64,000 nucleotides of DNA, taken from positions 248,001 through 312,000 of the forward strand of contig JBODTK010000146.1 of assembly GCA_050613775.1 (NCBI GenBank). The letters run 5' to 3'. This stretch comes from Neocallimastix sp. 'constans'. Lineage: Eukaryota. Each line of letters starts with the position of its first letter. Position 1 is the first letter of the stretch. Below, one piece after another: positions 1-12,365 of the stretch. Position numbers and translations under genes: made by a program. The notes beneath the pieces were generated by a model, which ran no database searches, was not told the origin of the DNA, and saw only the letters and a program-made list of their open reading frames with translations.

Positions 1-1796
1 AAATGAGAAAAGCTAGATCTAATGCCATTCTCACTGGTTTACCAGATGGTTATGGTCGTGGTAGAATTATTGGTGATTACAGACGTATTGCTTTATATGG
101 AGTTGATCAATTAATTGAATGGAAAATGCAAGATAAACTTTCTCTTGGTATCACCATGACTGAAGAAAATATGCGTACTAGAGAAGAACTTGCTGAACAA
201 ATCAAAGCTCTTAATGAATTAAAAGCTCTTGGTCAAAGATATGGTTATGATCTTTCCAAGCCAGCTACAAATGCTAAAGAAGCTATTCAATGGACTTACT
301 TTGGTTATCTTGCTAGTGTCAAGGATCAAGATGGTGCCGCTATGTCTTTCGGACGTGTTGATTGTTTCTTCGATATTTATATTGAAAATGATATGAAGAA
401 AGGTCTTTTAACTGAAGCTGAAGCTCAAGATTTAATTGATCAATTAATTATTAAACTTAGATTAGTTCGTCATTTACGTACTCCAGAATACAATGATTTA
501 TTTGCAGGAGATCCAACTTGGGTTACTATGGTTGTTGGTGGAATGAATAATGATGGAAGACCATTAGTTAGTAAAACTTCTTATCGTATTGTTAATACTC
601 TCAGAACTCTTGGTGCAGCACCAGAACCAAATATTACAGTTTTATGGAATAATAAACTTCCAACACCATTCAAACATTTCTGTAATAAAGTATCTATTGA
701 AACTTCTTCAATTCAATATGAAAATGATAATCTTATGAATAGTATGTTTGGAGATGATTATGCTATTGCTTGTTGTGTTTCTCAAATGAGAGTTGGTAAA
801 GATATGCAATTCTTTGGAGCTCGTTGTAATTTAGCTAAACTTTTACTTTATGCTTTCAATCATGGATATGATGAAAGAACAGAAAAACAAGTTGGACCAG
901 ATTTTGGAGATATTAAATTAAATGAAGATGGATCCGTTAATTTCGAATCAGCATGGGAAATTTATGATAAAGCTATGGATTGGATTGCATGTCTTTATGT
1001 GAATACTATGAATGCTATTCATTATTCTCATGATAAATACTGTTATGAAGCTATTCAAATGGCACTTCATGATACTAATGTTCATCGATACATGGCTTTC
1101 GGTATTGCTGGTTTCTCAGTTATTGTTGATTCGTTCTCTGCTATTAAATATGCTAAGGTCTTCCCAGTTCGTAATCCAGAAACTAATTTAACTACCGACT
1201 TCAAGATTGAAGGAGATTTCCCTAAATTTGGTAATGATGATGATCGTGTTGATCATTTTGCAATTGAAATTCCAAAGATCTTCCTTGCTAAATTAAAGAA
1301 ATACCCAGCTTACAGAAATGCTGAACATACCTTATCTATTTTAACTATTACTTCTAATGTTGTTTATGGTAAGAAAACCGGATCTACGCCAGATGGTCGT
1401 AAAGCCGGAGAAGCATTTGCACCAGGATGTAATCCAATGCATGGACGTGAAACTAATGGAGCAGTTGCTTCTCTTAATTCAGTTAGTAAAGTTGAATATG
1501 AATATTGTAAAGATGGTATTTCTAACACTTTCACTTTCGTTCCAACAGTTTTAGGTAAACTTGATGATGAACGTGTTGCTAATCTTTCTGGTTTATTAGA
1601 TGGATACTTCTCTCAAGGAGGATTCCACTTAAATGTTAATGTATTAGTTCGTGAAACATTAGAAGATGCCATGGTTCATCCAGAGAACTATCCAAACTTA
1701 ACTATTCGTGTTTCAGGATATGCTGTTCATTTCATTCGTTTATCACCAAGTCAACAAAGAGAAGTCATAGCAAGAACTTTCCATGAAACTCTTTAA
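1..1796 (+). CDS. pfl: Pyruvate formate-lyase (formate C-acetyltransferase), paralog 1; 5'-partial, N-terminus lies before the window
   Basis: ORF has the PFL motifs [18 protein letters not shown], catalytic IACC (Cys-Cys) and glycyl-radical loop TIRVSGY; stop TAA at 1794-1796. The other two copies carry 136 more codons upstream of this Met. Confidence 0.97.
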   Translation, partial: MRKARSNAILTGLPDGYGRGRIIGDYRRIALYGVDQLIEWKMQDKLSLGITMTEENMRTREELAEQIKALNELKALGQRYGYDLSKPATNAKEAIQWTYFGYLASVKDQDGAAMSFGRVDCFFDIYIENDMKKGLLTEAEAQDLIDQLIIKLRLVRHLRTPEYNDLFAGDPTWVTMVVGGMNNDGRPLVSKTSYRIVNTLRTLGAAPEPNITVLWNNKLPTPFKHFCNKVSIETSSIQYENDNLMNSMFGDDYAIACCVSQMRVGKDMQFFGARCNLAKLLLYAFNHGYDERTEKQVGPDFGDIKLNEDGSVNFESAWEIYDKAMDWIACLYVNTMNAIHYSHDKYCYEAIQMALHDTNVHRYMAFGIAGFSVIVDSFSAIKYAKVFPVRNPETNLTTDFKIEGDFPKFGNDDDRVDHFAIEIPKIFLAKLKKYPAYRNAEHTLSILTITSNVVYGKKTGSTPDGRKAGEAFAPGCNPMHGRETNGAVASLNSVSKVEYEYCKDGISNTFTFVPTVLGKLDDERVANLSGLLDGYFSQGGFHLNVNVLVRETLEDAMVHPENYPNLTIRVSGYAVHFIRLSPSQQREVIARTFHETL

Positions 1797-1914
1797 GCTA
1801 TTTTTTTTTTTAAATTACTAATAATAAAAAAAAAAAAAAAAAATACCAATAATATAAAAAAAAAAATAATAATATATTATATTATTAATACTGTGGATAT
1901 ATTAATTAAAAACT

Positions 1915-1945
<31 letters not shown>

Positions 1946-2493
1946 TTTTTTTTATGAAAGTAAAATATATACAATATGTATAAAACTATCATTATTCATT
2001 GTTAAAAAAAAAAAAAATACTAATTCATAAATACTAAAATGTAATATTAATTAATCGTTTAATCATTTTTATTATAAATATCAATAAATATGCGTTTTTT
2101 TTTATAATTAATATTTTATTTAAAAATTTTATTTAAAAAAAATAATAAATTATGTAATTCTAAAAATCTATTAAAAAGAATAAATAAAAAAAAATTAATA
2201 AAAATAGAAAAAGAAAGAGATTAATAATAATAATAAATAAAAAAAAATGAAATTTTTTATTCTATAATTATAATATATGAAGCATTCAATTTAATATATA
2301 TTCATTTTCTATTAGTATTATTTTTAATTATTAATAATATTATGACTTTATTTTAATTATTTCATTTATTTTTTTATCTATATATTATTAAAATTTATAT
2401 AATTAGTTATATGGATATTTAGTTTTATTATTACAGATTTTTATTTTATTTTTTTTTAATACTGTTATGAATAAAAAATTACTATAAAAAATA

Positions 2494-2615
2494 CGGGTGT
2501 GGGCATTTCGCCAAATTGAAAATTATTAAATAAATAAGCAAATAAATAAATAAAATTAAATATTATTAATATCGAATAAAAACAATTTTAAAAAAAAATT
2601 ATTTTGAATTAATAT

Positions 2616-2678
<63 letters not shown>

Positions 2679-3366
2679 TATCAATACTCCACTTGTCGAA
2701 ATGCAACTTAGGGAAATACAACTCTCTATTTTTTGATACTGTTAAGAATAAAAAATTATGATAAAAAATACATATAATATTTTAATTCTATATTTTGAAA
2801 CAAAATATTTTTATATACCTAATCCTTTGTTATTGATAATTTCAATGGATTAGATTTTTTTATTTTTTGAATAATATTGGGGAGAGTTGTATTTCCCCAA
2901 TTTCTCTAATAAATGATTAAATAAATAAATATTGAGAAAAGTATGTGTGTTTTTTTATAATAAACTTTATTTATTTTTGTATTTATTTAATACATAAATT
3001 TTATTAATGTAAAGAACTCATTTTTTTAAGATAATAAAAATAATTATTTTTATAGTAAAAATTACATATTTAATCATGTGATAATTCTATGAATTAATAC
3101 ACATAGATAAATGTTACACAACATAAAAATATAAGAATAAAATATTAATATAAGATAAGAATATAATATTGATAATAATATAAGAATATAAAAATATAAT
3201 TTTAATAATATAAAAATATAAAATAAAATGTGATTATTTTAACAAATATTAATTAAAAATAATTTTTTTTAAACTTGTTTTTATTCAATATTAATAATAT
3301 TTAATTTTATTTATTGATTTATTTATTTATTTAATAATTTTCATCTTGGAGAAATGCCCCACTCCC
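2494..3366. mobile_element. Non-autonomous DNA transposon / MITE-like foldback element with ~125-bp terminal inverted repeats
   Basis: 2495-~2620 (gggtgtgggcatttcgccaaattgaaaattattaaataa...) is the reverse complement of ~3241-3366 (...ttatttaataattttcatcttggagaaatgccccactccc) with few mismatches. TA flanks both sides (2492-2493, 3367-3368). An inner inverted pair lies at ~2710-2728 / ~2881-2898. No ORF. Confidence 0.7.
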
Positions 3367-4590
3367 TAGTAATTAAACATAATTTATTTAATAAAATAAA
3401 ATGATAAATTAATAAATTATATTATGATATAATTTTTGTTACGATTTGTATATAATTTATATTTTAAATTTAAATAAAGTAATCCATTTTATTAGAAATA
3501 TTTAAAAAGTCGTTATGTTTATATAGATATATAATAATAATAAAATATTTAGATAATTTAGTTTAATAAAAATTTATTTAGAATTGATTTTTATAATTAA
3601 AATTTTTTAATTTATTTTATTTATAATAATTTTTATTTAATAATTATATATCCATAAAATATTACTATTAAGGTAATTTTATAATAACCTTAAAAAGAAC
3701 ATAAAAGATAGATTTTTATATCTTTCTTTTATACTTTGTAAGATACATAATAGTATTTAATTATAAGATATTTATATTAGAAATAGAATACTCTTTAGAA
3801 TTATTATATTAATTGTATAATTTTATTAATAAAATTTACTAAACAACCATTATTTAAAACCCACTGCTTATAAATTATTGCACATAAAATACACGTGACG
3901 TCAATTGTAGACTTGAAATTAATTCAGAATTATTAGCATAAGACAATTCTTTAAATATTAAATAAGAATTTATATTAATTATATAATTATATAATTATAT
4001 ATTATATATAATTAAATAAATAATGTTAATATTTTGAAAATATAAAATAAAATTTAAACTAAATATGACATATTGCTCCATGAATTTCTGAATTATATCA
4101 TTTTTATATAAAATACTTAATACAATATAATTTTTTATATAGAAATTCTAGCAATAAAATTATGTTGAAATTTAATTTTTGTTAAATTTTTGTATAAAAA
4201 ATGTATATTATTATTATTATTATTATTACTATTATTATTGTTATTATTGTTATTATTAATATAATATGTATTTGAATATTAATAATTAATAAATTCTTCT
4301 TTACTCCATAAAAATCATAGTAATAATTTTAAATAATTATTATAAATGCATAAAATACAATTTACATCTTTTATTTATTTATTTATAAATAATAATTACT
4401 ATTTCTATTACTTTTTATTAGCATTTATATTATTATCTATCTTTTTTTTTTTTTTTTTTTATAGATCTTTTATTTAATATAATGGCATAATACATATAAT
4501 ACATTTATTTATATATTTTGTTTGTTTGTTTGTTTTTTTGTTTTATTAAATGAATGATTTAATTTTTAAATATTTAATAAATATATATAT

Positions 4591-7018
4591 TTAAAGAGTT
4601 TCATGGAAGGTTCTGGCAATAACTTCTCTTTGTTGACTTGGTGATAAACGAATAAAGTGAACAGCATAACCAGAAACACGAATGGTTAAGTTTGGATAAT
4701 TTTCTGGGTGAACCATAGCATCTTCTAAGGTTTCACGAACTAATACATTAACATTTAAGTGGAAACCTCCTTGAGTAAAGTATCCATCTAATAAACCAGT
4801 AAGATTAGCAACACGCTCATTATCAAGTTTACCTAAAACGGACGGAACAAAGGTGAATGTGTTAGAAATACCATCTTCACAATATTCATATCCAACCTTA
4901 CTAACAGAGTTAAGAGAAGCCACAGCTCCATTAGTTTCACGATTATGCATTGGATTACAACCTGGAGCAAATGGTTCACCAGCTTTACGACCATCTGGAG
5001 TAGATCCAGTCTTCTTACCATAAACAACATTAGAAGTAATAGTTAAAATAGATAAAGTATGTTCGGCACCTCTATAGGTTGGATATTCTCTTAATTTAGT
5101 GAGGAAGATTTTTGGAAGTTGAACTGCAAATTGGTCTGCACGATCATCGTCATTACCAAATTTCGGGAATTCACCTTCAATCTTGAAATCAGTTGTTAAT
5201 TTAGTTTCTGGATTACGAATTGGGAAGACCTTAGCATATTTAATAGCAGAGAAGGAATCTACAAGAACTGAAAAACCAGCAACACCAAAAGCCATACATC
5301 TATGGACATCAGTATCATGAAGTGCCATTTGAATAGCTTCATAACAATACTTGTCATGGGAATAGTGAATAGCATTCATAGTATTAACATAAAGACAAGC
5401 AATCCAGTCCATAGCTTTGTCATATAATTCCCAAATAGATTCAAAGTTAATTGAACCATCATCATTTAATTTAACATCACCAAAATCTGGTCCAACTTGT
5501 TTTCCTGTTGTTTCATCATAACCATGATTCAAAACATAAAGTAAAAGTTTAGCTAAATTACAACGAGCTCCAAAGAATTGCATATCTTTACCAATTCTCA
5601 TTTCAGAAACACAACAAGCAATACCATAGTCATCTCCAAACATACTATTCATGAGATTATCATTTTCATATTGAATAGAAGAGGTATCAATAGAAATCTT
5701 ATTACAGAAGTTCTTAAATGACATTGGAAGTTTATTATTCCATAAAACTGTAATATTTGGTTCTGGTGCGGCACTAAGGGTTCTAAGAGTATTAACAATA
5801 CGATAAGAAGTTTTAGTAACTAATGGTCTTCCATCATTATTCATTCCACCAACAACCATAGTAACCCAAGTTGGATCTCCTGCAAATAAATCATTGTATT
5901 CTGGAGTACGTAAATGACGAACTAATCTAAGTTTAATAATTAATTGATCAATTAAATCTTGAGCTTGAGCTTCAGTTAACAAACCTTTCTTCATATCATT
6001 TTCAATATAAATATCGAAGAAACTATCAACACGTCCGAAAGACATAGCGGCACCATCTTGATCCTTGACACTAGCAAGATAACCAAAGTAAGTCCATTGA
6101 ATAGCTTCTTTGGCATTTGTAGCTGGCTTTGAAATATCAAATCCATATCTTTGACCAAGAGCTTTTAATTCATTAAGAGCTTTGATTTGTTCAGCAAGTT
6201 CTTCTCTAGTACGCATGTTTTCTTCAGTCATGGTGATACCAAGAGAAAGTTTATCTTGCATTTTCCATTCAATTAATTGATCAACTCCATATAAAGCAAC
6301 ACGTCTGTAATCACCAATAATTCTACCACGACCGTAACCATCTGGTAAACCAGTGAGAATGGCATTAGATCTAGCTTTTCTCATTTCTGGAGTATAAAGA
6401 TCGAAAACACAATCATTGTGAGTTTTACGATATTTGAAAATTTCTTCAACTTCTGGATCAAGAGTACGATTATATGCTTTTAAAGCATTCCTAACAACAC
6501 GAATACCACCGAATGGTTTAATTGAACGTTTAAGAGGAGCATCAGTTTGTAAACCGACTATATCTTCTTTTTCTTTGATAATGTAACCTGCTTCATGTGC
6601 GTTGACTGTAGAAACAGTTTTATTATCTACATCAAGACAACCTCCACTTTTTATCTCTTCAACACGTAATTCACTAACTTTATTCCAAACATCCTTTGTA
6701 TTTGGAGAAGGTTCTGTAACTAAGAAAGAATCGTCACCTTCATATGGGGTGTAATTATCTTTAATCCATTTTGCAACATCAATAACTATTTATTTAATAG
6801 TAGATATCGAAAACAATTTATAACAATTTAAATATAATGATATTTATTATAGAATTTATATAATAATAATAATAATATATATATATATATATATAGTATT
6901 AAAAAATATTTAAAAAGATGTATATATGATCTTTTTCATATTTTTAAATTTCAATTTATATTTTATTTAATTTCATAAAAATAAAAATTTCTAATAATAT
7001 CATTAATTTACCTCTCAT
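4591..7018 (-). CDS. pfl: Pyruvate formate-lyase paralog 2; predicted join complement(4591..6785,7012..7018), 733 aa starting MRVIDVAKW
   Basis: The frame stays open upstream of the ORF-track Met to an AG acceptor at 6786-6787. ATG AGA G|GTAAAT at 7018-7006 supplies a phase-1 mini-exon. IACC and RVSGY motifs are intact. Confidence 0.93.
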
Positions 7019-7081
7019 ATTGTTTTTTTTATATCTAATGAATCTTTTAAGTTGAATTAAAAATATATATTGGTTTTGCTT

Positions 7082-7128
<47 letters not shown>

Positions 7129-8835
7129 ATTATTTGAATGTAATTAGTAATTTTAATATATTTTTTTTATTAAAAATATTAATTATATAAATTTTAATTT
7201 TTATATATTTACTTTAAATTATTTTCAAGATGATAAAATAAATATAATGATTCAAAGAAAGAAACGTTGTTACTTTTTTTATTTTTATTATTATTTCTAT
7301 TTCTATTTCTATTTTTATTTTTATTTTTATTGATTTTTTTTTTTTTTTATAGAATATTAATTTTTTTTTTTTTATGACAATGAAAGGTTAAATTTTAATT
7401 AAAAACCTTAATTTCTTTATTATTTAAGTTTTATTGAATAGAACATTAATAAATAATACATTAATTGTAAAAAATCTAAATATTTTATTTATTCATTGAC
7501 TTTATTTGAAGCAAAAGACTTTTTTTTTAATAATACATTATTTGATAATATACATGTAAAATGAATTTAATGGTTTAATAGAAAATAGAAAAATTTTTAA
7601 AACTAAATTATTTGTTATCATTAACTATATATATTATTATATATCCTATTTATTTGTAATATACTATTTTAATATTTAAAAAATTATAAATAAAAGTTAT
7701 AATAAAATAAAAATATTAATTAAAATGTTATATTGTAAACTAAAAATCCTAATTTTCATACATATATATAAATATATATATATATATTATATATTTTAAC
7801 AAATAAGTGTAAATAAAATTCTAAATAACTGAAGTGCTGTGAAAGGTTAAAATATTATATTTAATAAGAAAGTTATTATAATTAATATTTATTTATTAAT
7901 TATTTTAAAAAAATTATTAAAATTGAATTTTATAAATTAATGGTAAATTTTAAGTTTCGTAAAATTTTTTTTCTTTTTAGTTTGAAATACTATATTTTCT
8001 TTTATTAATATATTTTTTTTCATCATTAAATAGATATTTTATTGGAAAATCTTTTTGGTAGCTCTTTATTGCTTAAATATATGATAATAAAACTTTATTT
8101 TTCGTTTAAATATATAATTTTACAATAAACTTTATAATTATAATATATTTTCATATAGTATTTAAATTAATATTTAATATTTATATTCATTCATTAGTTT
8201 AGTATACTATAAATTTATGTATATATATTTTTTTTGAAATTTTTTTTTTTTTTTTTTTTTTTTATAAAAATGTTAACATAATAAATTTATAATAATAAAT
8301 TATTAAGAAAAATAGATATATGTATAATATATATTGAATTAATTTATATTTATAGGAAAAAAGAAAAAATAAATTTTAAGAAACATCTAAATAGCAATCA
8401 ATATATTAATATATATAAAAAAATATTTATATAATATTAAATAATATAATTAATAATTTTTAAGCTATTATTGATTATATTTTTAATATTTTATATTTTT
8501 TAGTAATTAAAAAGAGTTTAGAGATTTACAATTTTAGAATTAATTGTAAAATTTTTTTTTAAAAATTGATTCAATAGTATATTATATATATATATATTTT
8601 TTATTAATGAAAAATAAAATATGATTTTATATAATTATATACATAATTTTTAATTAATAAATAATTTACGAGTCAAACCTTTAAGATATTATCTCTCTTT
8701 TTTATAATAGACTTTTTTTATAATTATTATTTATAATATTATTAATTATAATTTTTCAATTTTTTTTTTTTTTAATTATATATAAAAACTTTACTTTTTT
8801 TTTTTTTTAAAAGAGTTTATTTTTACTTTTTGTAT

Positions 8836-9165
8836 TGTTAAAAATAAAGTTTAATATTTTAATTAAGTCTTGTATAATTAAGATTTACTTATTTATTAAA
8901 TTAAATATGTTTTTCATTATTTTGTATAATGTAAAATATTATGAGGCGTATTAATGATGTACATCATATATTTACAATTATAACTAATATAGTTAAATTA
9001 AATTTTATTAATGTATATACATTTAAGGATTATGATAATTAATCCTATAATAAAAAATATTACTAAAAAATTATATAGTTATTAAAATAATAATAAAATT
9101 ATAATAAATAAATAAAATAAAGTGATCACACAATAAAAACTAAACAAAATAACATATATTTAATA
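8836..9165 (+). repeat. 5' LTR (TGTTAAA...TTTAATA)
   Basis: Matches 15002-15331 with no difference found by eye. Confidence 0.96.
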
Positions 9166-9179
9166 GATTAAGAGTCTCA
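9166..9179 (+). promoter_or_regulatory. Primer-binding site complementary to the anticodon stem-loop of tRNA-Lys(CUU)
   Basis: GATTAAGAGTCTCA is the reverse complement of TGAGACTCTTAATC, the eukaryotic tRNA-Lys(CUU) anticodon arm, and it abuts the LTR. Confidence 0.85.
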
Positions 9180-9302
9180 GTTAGCTCTAGTTAGTTTATA
9201 AACATCAATAATAATTTATATTCCAACAATAAAAAAAAATAAAAGTAAATTGAAATTTCAAGATTCCGAAATTTATTTTAATTAAATCTTAGTTATTCAA
9301 TA

Positions 9303-10361
9303 ATGGAAGATAGATCATTTAATATTTTAAGCAACAAAAAACTCACTGTCGAAACCTATCCTCTTTGGGCATCAGATATGGATCTAATATTAACAGCCAA
9401 TGAATTAGATCAATATATCTACGAAAACAACATGAAGAAGATCTCGAAAAACTCAGAAAATTTTGAATCTTCAAAGGGAATTAAAATTAGAGGAACTGAG
9501 ATATACTATCATAAATCAGTCACGAAAAATATGATAGTTGGTGACAGCAAAGCAAAAAGATACATCAGTATGAATTTAGAAAATGAAATAAAGTTAAGTA
9601 TTGACTTCAAAAACAGTTCCGCATATGAAATATGGGAGTTATTGAAAAAGACTTTTACTAAAGGTAAAGAGGAAATGAAATTACAACTAAATGAAAAATT
9701 AGAGAATATGATCTATGATAAATCTTCAGACATAGGAATATTCATAGCCAACATGGAAGTCACATTTAATAAATTAGAAGAATTAGGTGATAAAGTCAGT
9801 GATGAAAGAAAATTCAACTATTTATATAATGCTCTTCCATCAGACATTACCCAATTAACAAATATGTTAGGTTTTCAAAATGATTGGAATAGATGTTGCG
9901 ATATGTTAAAAACATCAATTCCAAAGATAAAGTTCTTAAATAGCTTAAGAATTAAGCAAGAGAAAACAAAAGCATTTAGTAGTGAAACAAAAACAATAGA
10001 AAGTGTCAAAAGATATAAACAAAATAGAAATCTTAGCAAGAAAAATAGGAAAAATATAAAGTGCCACAATTGTGGCGGATTTGGCCATATATCACGTGAG
10101 TGCCTCAAGAATGGAAGAATTCATGGAGGTGTAGTGTACGATAAATATGGTAAAAGACACTACAAAGAGAAGAAAATGAAACACCAACAACATGCAGATA
10201 ACGTAGAAGTTAATGAGCAAGAAGAAGAATCTGAAAGGTATGTAGATATATACAGTAATGCCTTAAATATGGACTATAATGATGAAAGGGAGGAAAGTCA
10301 ATCCAACTGCGTAACAACAAGAATCCCAAAAAATAAAAACAATATCAAAAATTTTCATTAA
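9303..10361 (+). CDS. gag: Copia Gag (352 aa) with CCHC zinc knuckle
   Basis: CHNCGGFGHISREC knuckle, copia-type capsid segment (SAYEIWELLKKTF), position directly after the PBS. Confidence 0.93.
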   Translation: MEDRSFNILSNKKLTVETYPLWASDMDLILTANELDQYIYENNMKKISKNSENFESSKGIKIRGTEIYYHKSVTKNMIVGDSKAKRYISMNLENEIKLSIDFKNSSAYEIWELLKKTFTKGKEEMKLQLNEKLENMIYDKSSDIGIFIANMEVTFNKLEELGDKVSDERKFNYLYNALPSDITQLTNMLGFQNDWNRCCDMLKTSIPKIKFLNSLRIKQEKTKAFSSETKTIESVKRYKQNRNLSKKNRKNIKCHNCGGFGHISRECLKNGRIHGGVVYDKYGKRHYKEKKMKHQQHADNVEVNEQEEESERYVDIYSNALNMDYNDEREESQSNCVTTRIPKNKNNIKNFH

Positions 10362-12328
10362 AACAATATACTAGGCAGAGCTTAAGTTATTATACTGCCA
10401 AGTATAAAAAACGTAATAATAACAAAGAAAATAAAATTAATAAAAATAACAACAACATTACTTTATGGACATTAGATTCTGGGGCGTCATACCACATGAC
10501 CCATGATGAAAATAATTTAGTGAATACACGTGATTTTCATATAAATATATATTTTGCTAACGGAGGAATGGTGAAATCCAAAAGTATTGGTAATTATATT
10601 GGTTTAATTAACAATCATAAAATTATTTTGAATGATGTTATATATGTGCCATCCTTTAAAAGAAGTCTAATTTCTATAGATCATTTAAGTAAAGATAATT
10701 ATAAAACTGTATTTTGTAAAAATAAGTATGATAATAAAAACTGTGCCATCTTATATAATGATAATGGAAAACGAATTTATACATCATACGCTAACAATTC
10801 AAAAGTTTACAAAATACTAACTAGAAAAAATAATATAAATAATAATTCAAATAATGTTGTATGTTATAATATACAAAATGCTATAAACGATTCTAATATG
10901 GATTTATGGCATAGAAGAATGGGTCATTTTAATATTGACTCTATTAAAGATAGATTAAATAAAATATATATAAAACAAAAATGCAAAATTTGTTCTTGTT
11001 CAAAATTAAAAAACCTCCCCTATAAACCATCCACCAACCATATGACAAAACCATTTGAACTTATTCATATGGACTTAGTGTTCGTTCCCGATTATTCTAT
11101 TTACGGGAATAAATATTTTTTATCTATTCTTGACGATTATTCAAGATATAGTTGGGTCCTCTTCATAAAGAGAAAAAGTGATACATTTAAAACCTTTATT
11201 ATATGGTACAATCAAATCAAAAACTTATTTGATAATTGTAATATTAAATATATTAAAACTGATAACGGTACAGAATTCTTTAACAATAATTTCAACGAAT
11301 TCTACGAAAGAACAGGAATAATACATGAGCATACTATTGCTCATAATCCACAACAAAATGGTAGGGTGGAAAGACTTCATGGGACATTAATATCTAATGG
11401 TGATGCCATGCTTAATGATGCAAAGTTAAACCATAAATTTTGGGAAGATGCTGTATCCACAGCAAATTATATACACAACAGATTGCCACATAAAGGCAAC
11501 AATAACAAAGTACCATATGAAATCTTATTTAAAAGTAAAGTTGACTATAATAAATTTAGAGTCTTTGGTTGTCGTGTATATTTTTACGTTCCAAAACAAT
11601 TTAGGAAGAAGTTTTGCAATACAACTCTCCCTGGTATCTTTCTCGGATACGATGAAATAAACCATACCGCTTACAAAATATATGATATTAAAAATAACAA
11701 AATAATTCTAGCTCGCACTGTAGAATTTCTTGAGGATGAACCTGCAAATTTAAGTGCTCCTCTATCATCACCGGATAATATAAATTTTACTAATTATTAT
11801 GAAGATGAAGAGATAGACTATATGAATAGTGATGATAATGGAAATAATATAAATGATGAGAATAATGAATACAATATAATTTATAATATAAACAATAATA
11901 ATGACAATAATAATAATAATACCAAAATTAACGAAATTAATAATTTAATCAATGAACATAACTATAATAATATATATCGTCCAAATAATAATAATTTTAT
12001 TAATATGGATCAAAATCAAAATAATTTAATTTTACAAAATCAAAATAATATTATTGGACCTCCACAACATAACAATAATTTTGAAGATAACAATAATAAA
12101 AATTTTTCAATTCCTAATTTAAACAACCAATTAAATAATTTAAATTATAAATTTAATGATCAATCATTAAATTTAGATAATAATAATAAAACTAATTCAA
12201 ATGTTATAAATCATAATCTAAATAATTTTAATCAGAAAAATATTAATTCCATTTATTTCCAAGAAGAAAATAATAAGGATTTTCATAATGGAAATAAAGA
12301 AAGATTTAATATTAATAATTTAATTGAA

Positions 12329-12365
<37 letters not shown>

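Noticed and set aside
1357..1554. 65-aa alternative-frame ORF recurring in all three PFL copies (also 4833-5030 and 22904-23101)
   Set aside because: Shadow of the conserved PFL codons; its recurrence reflects paralogy only.
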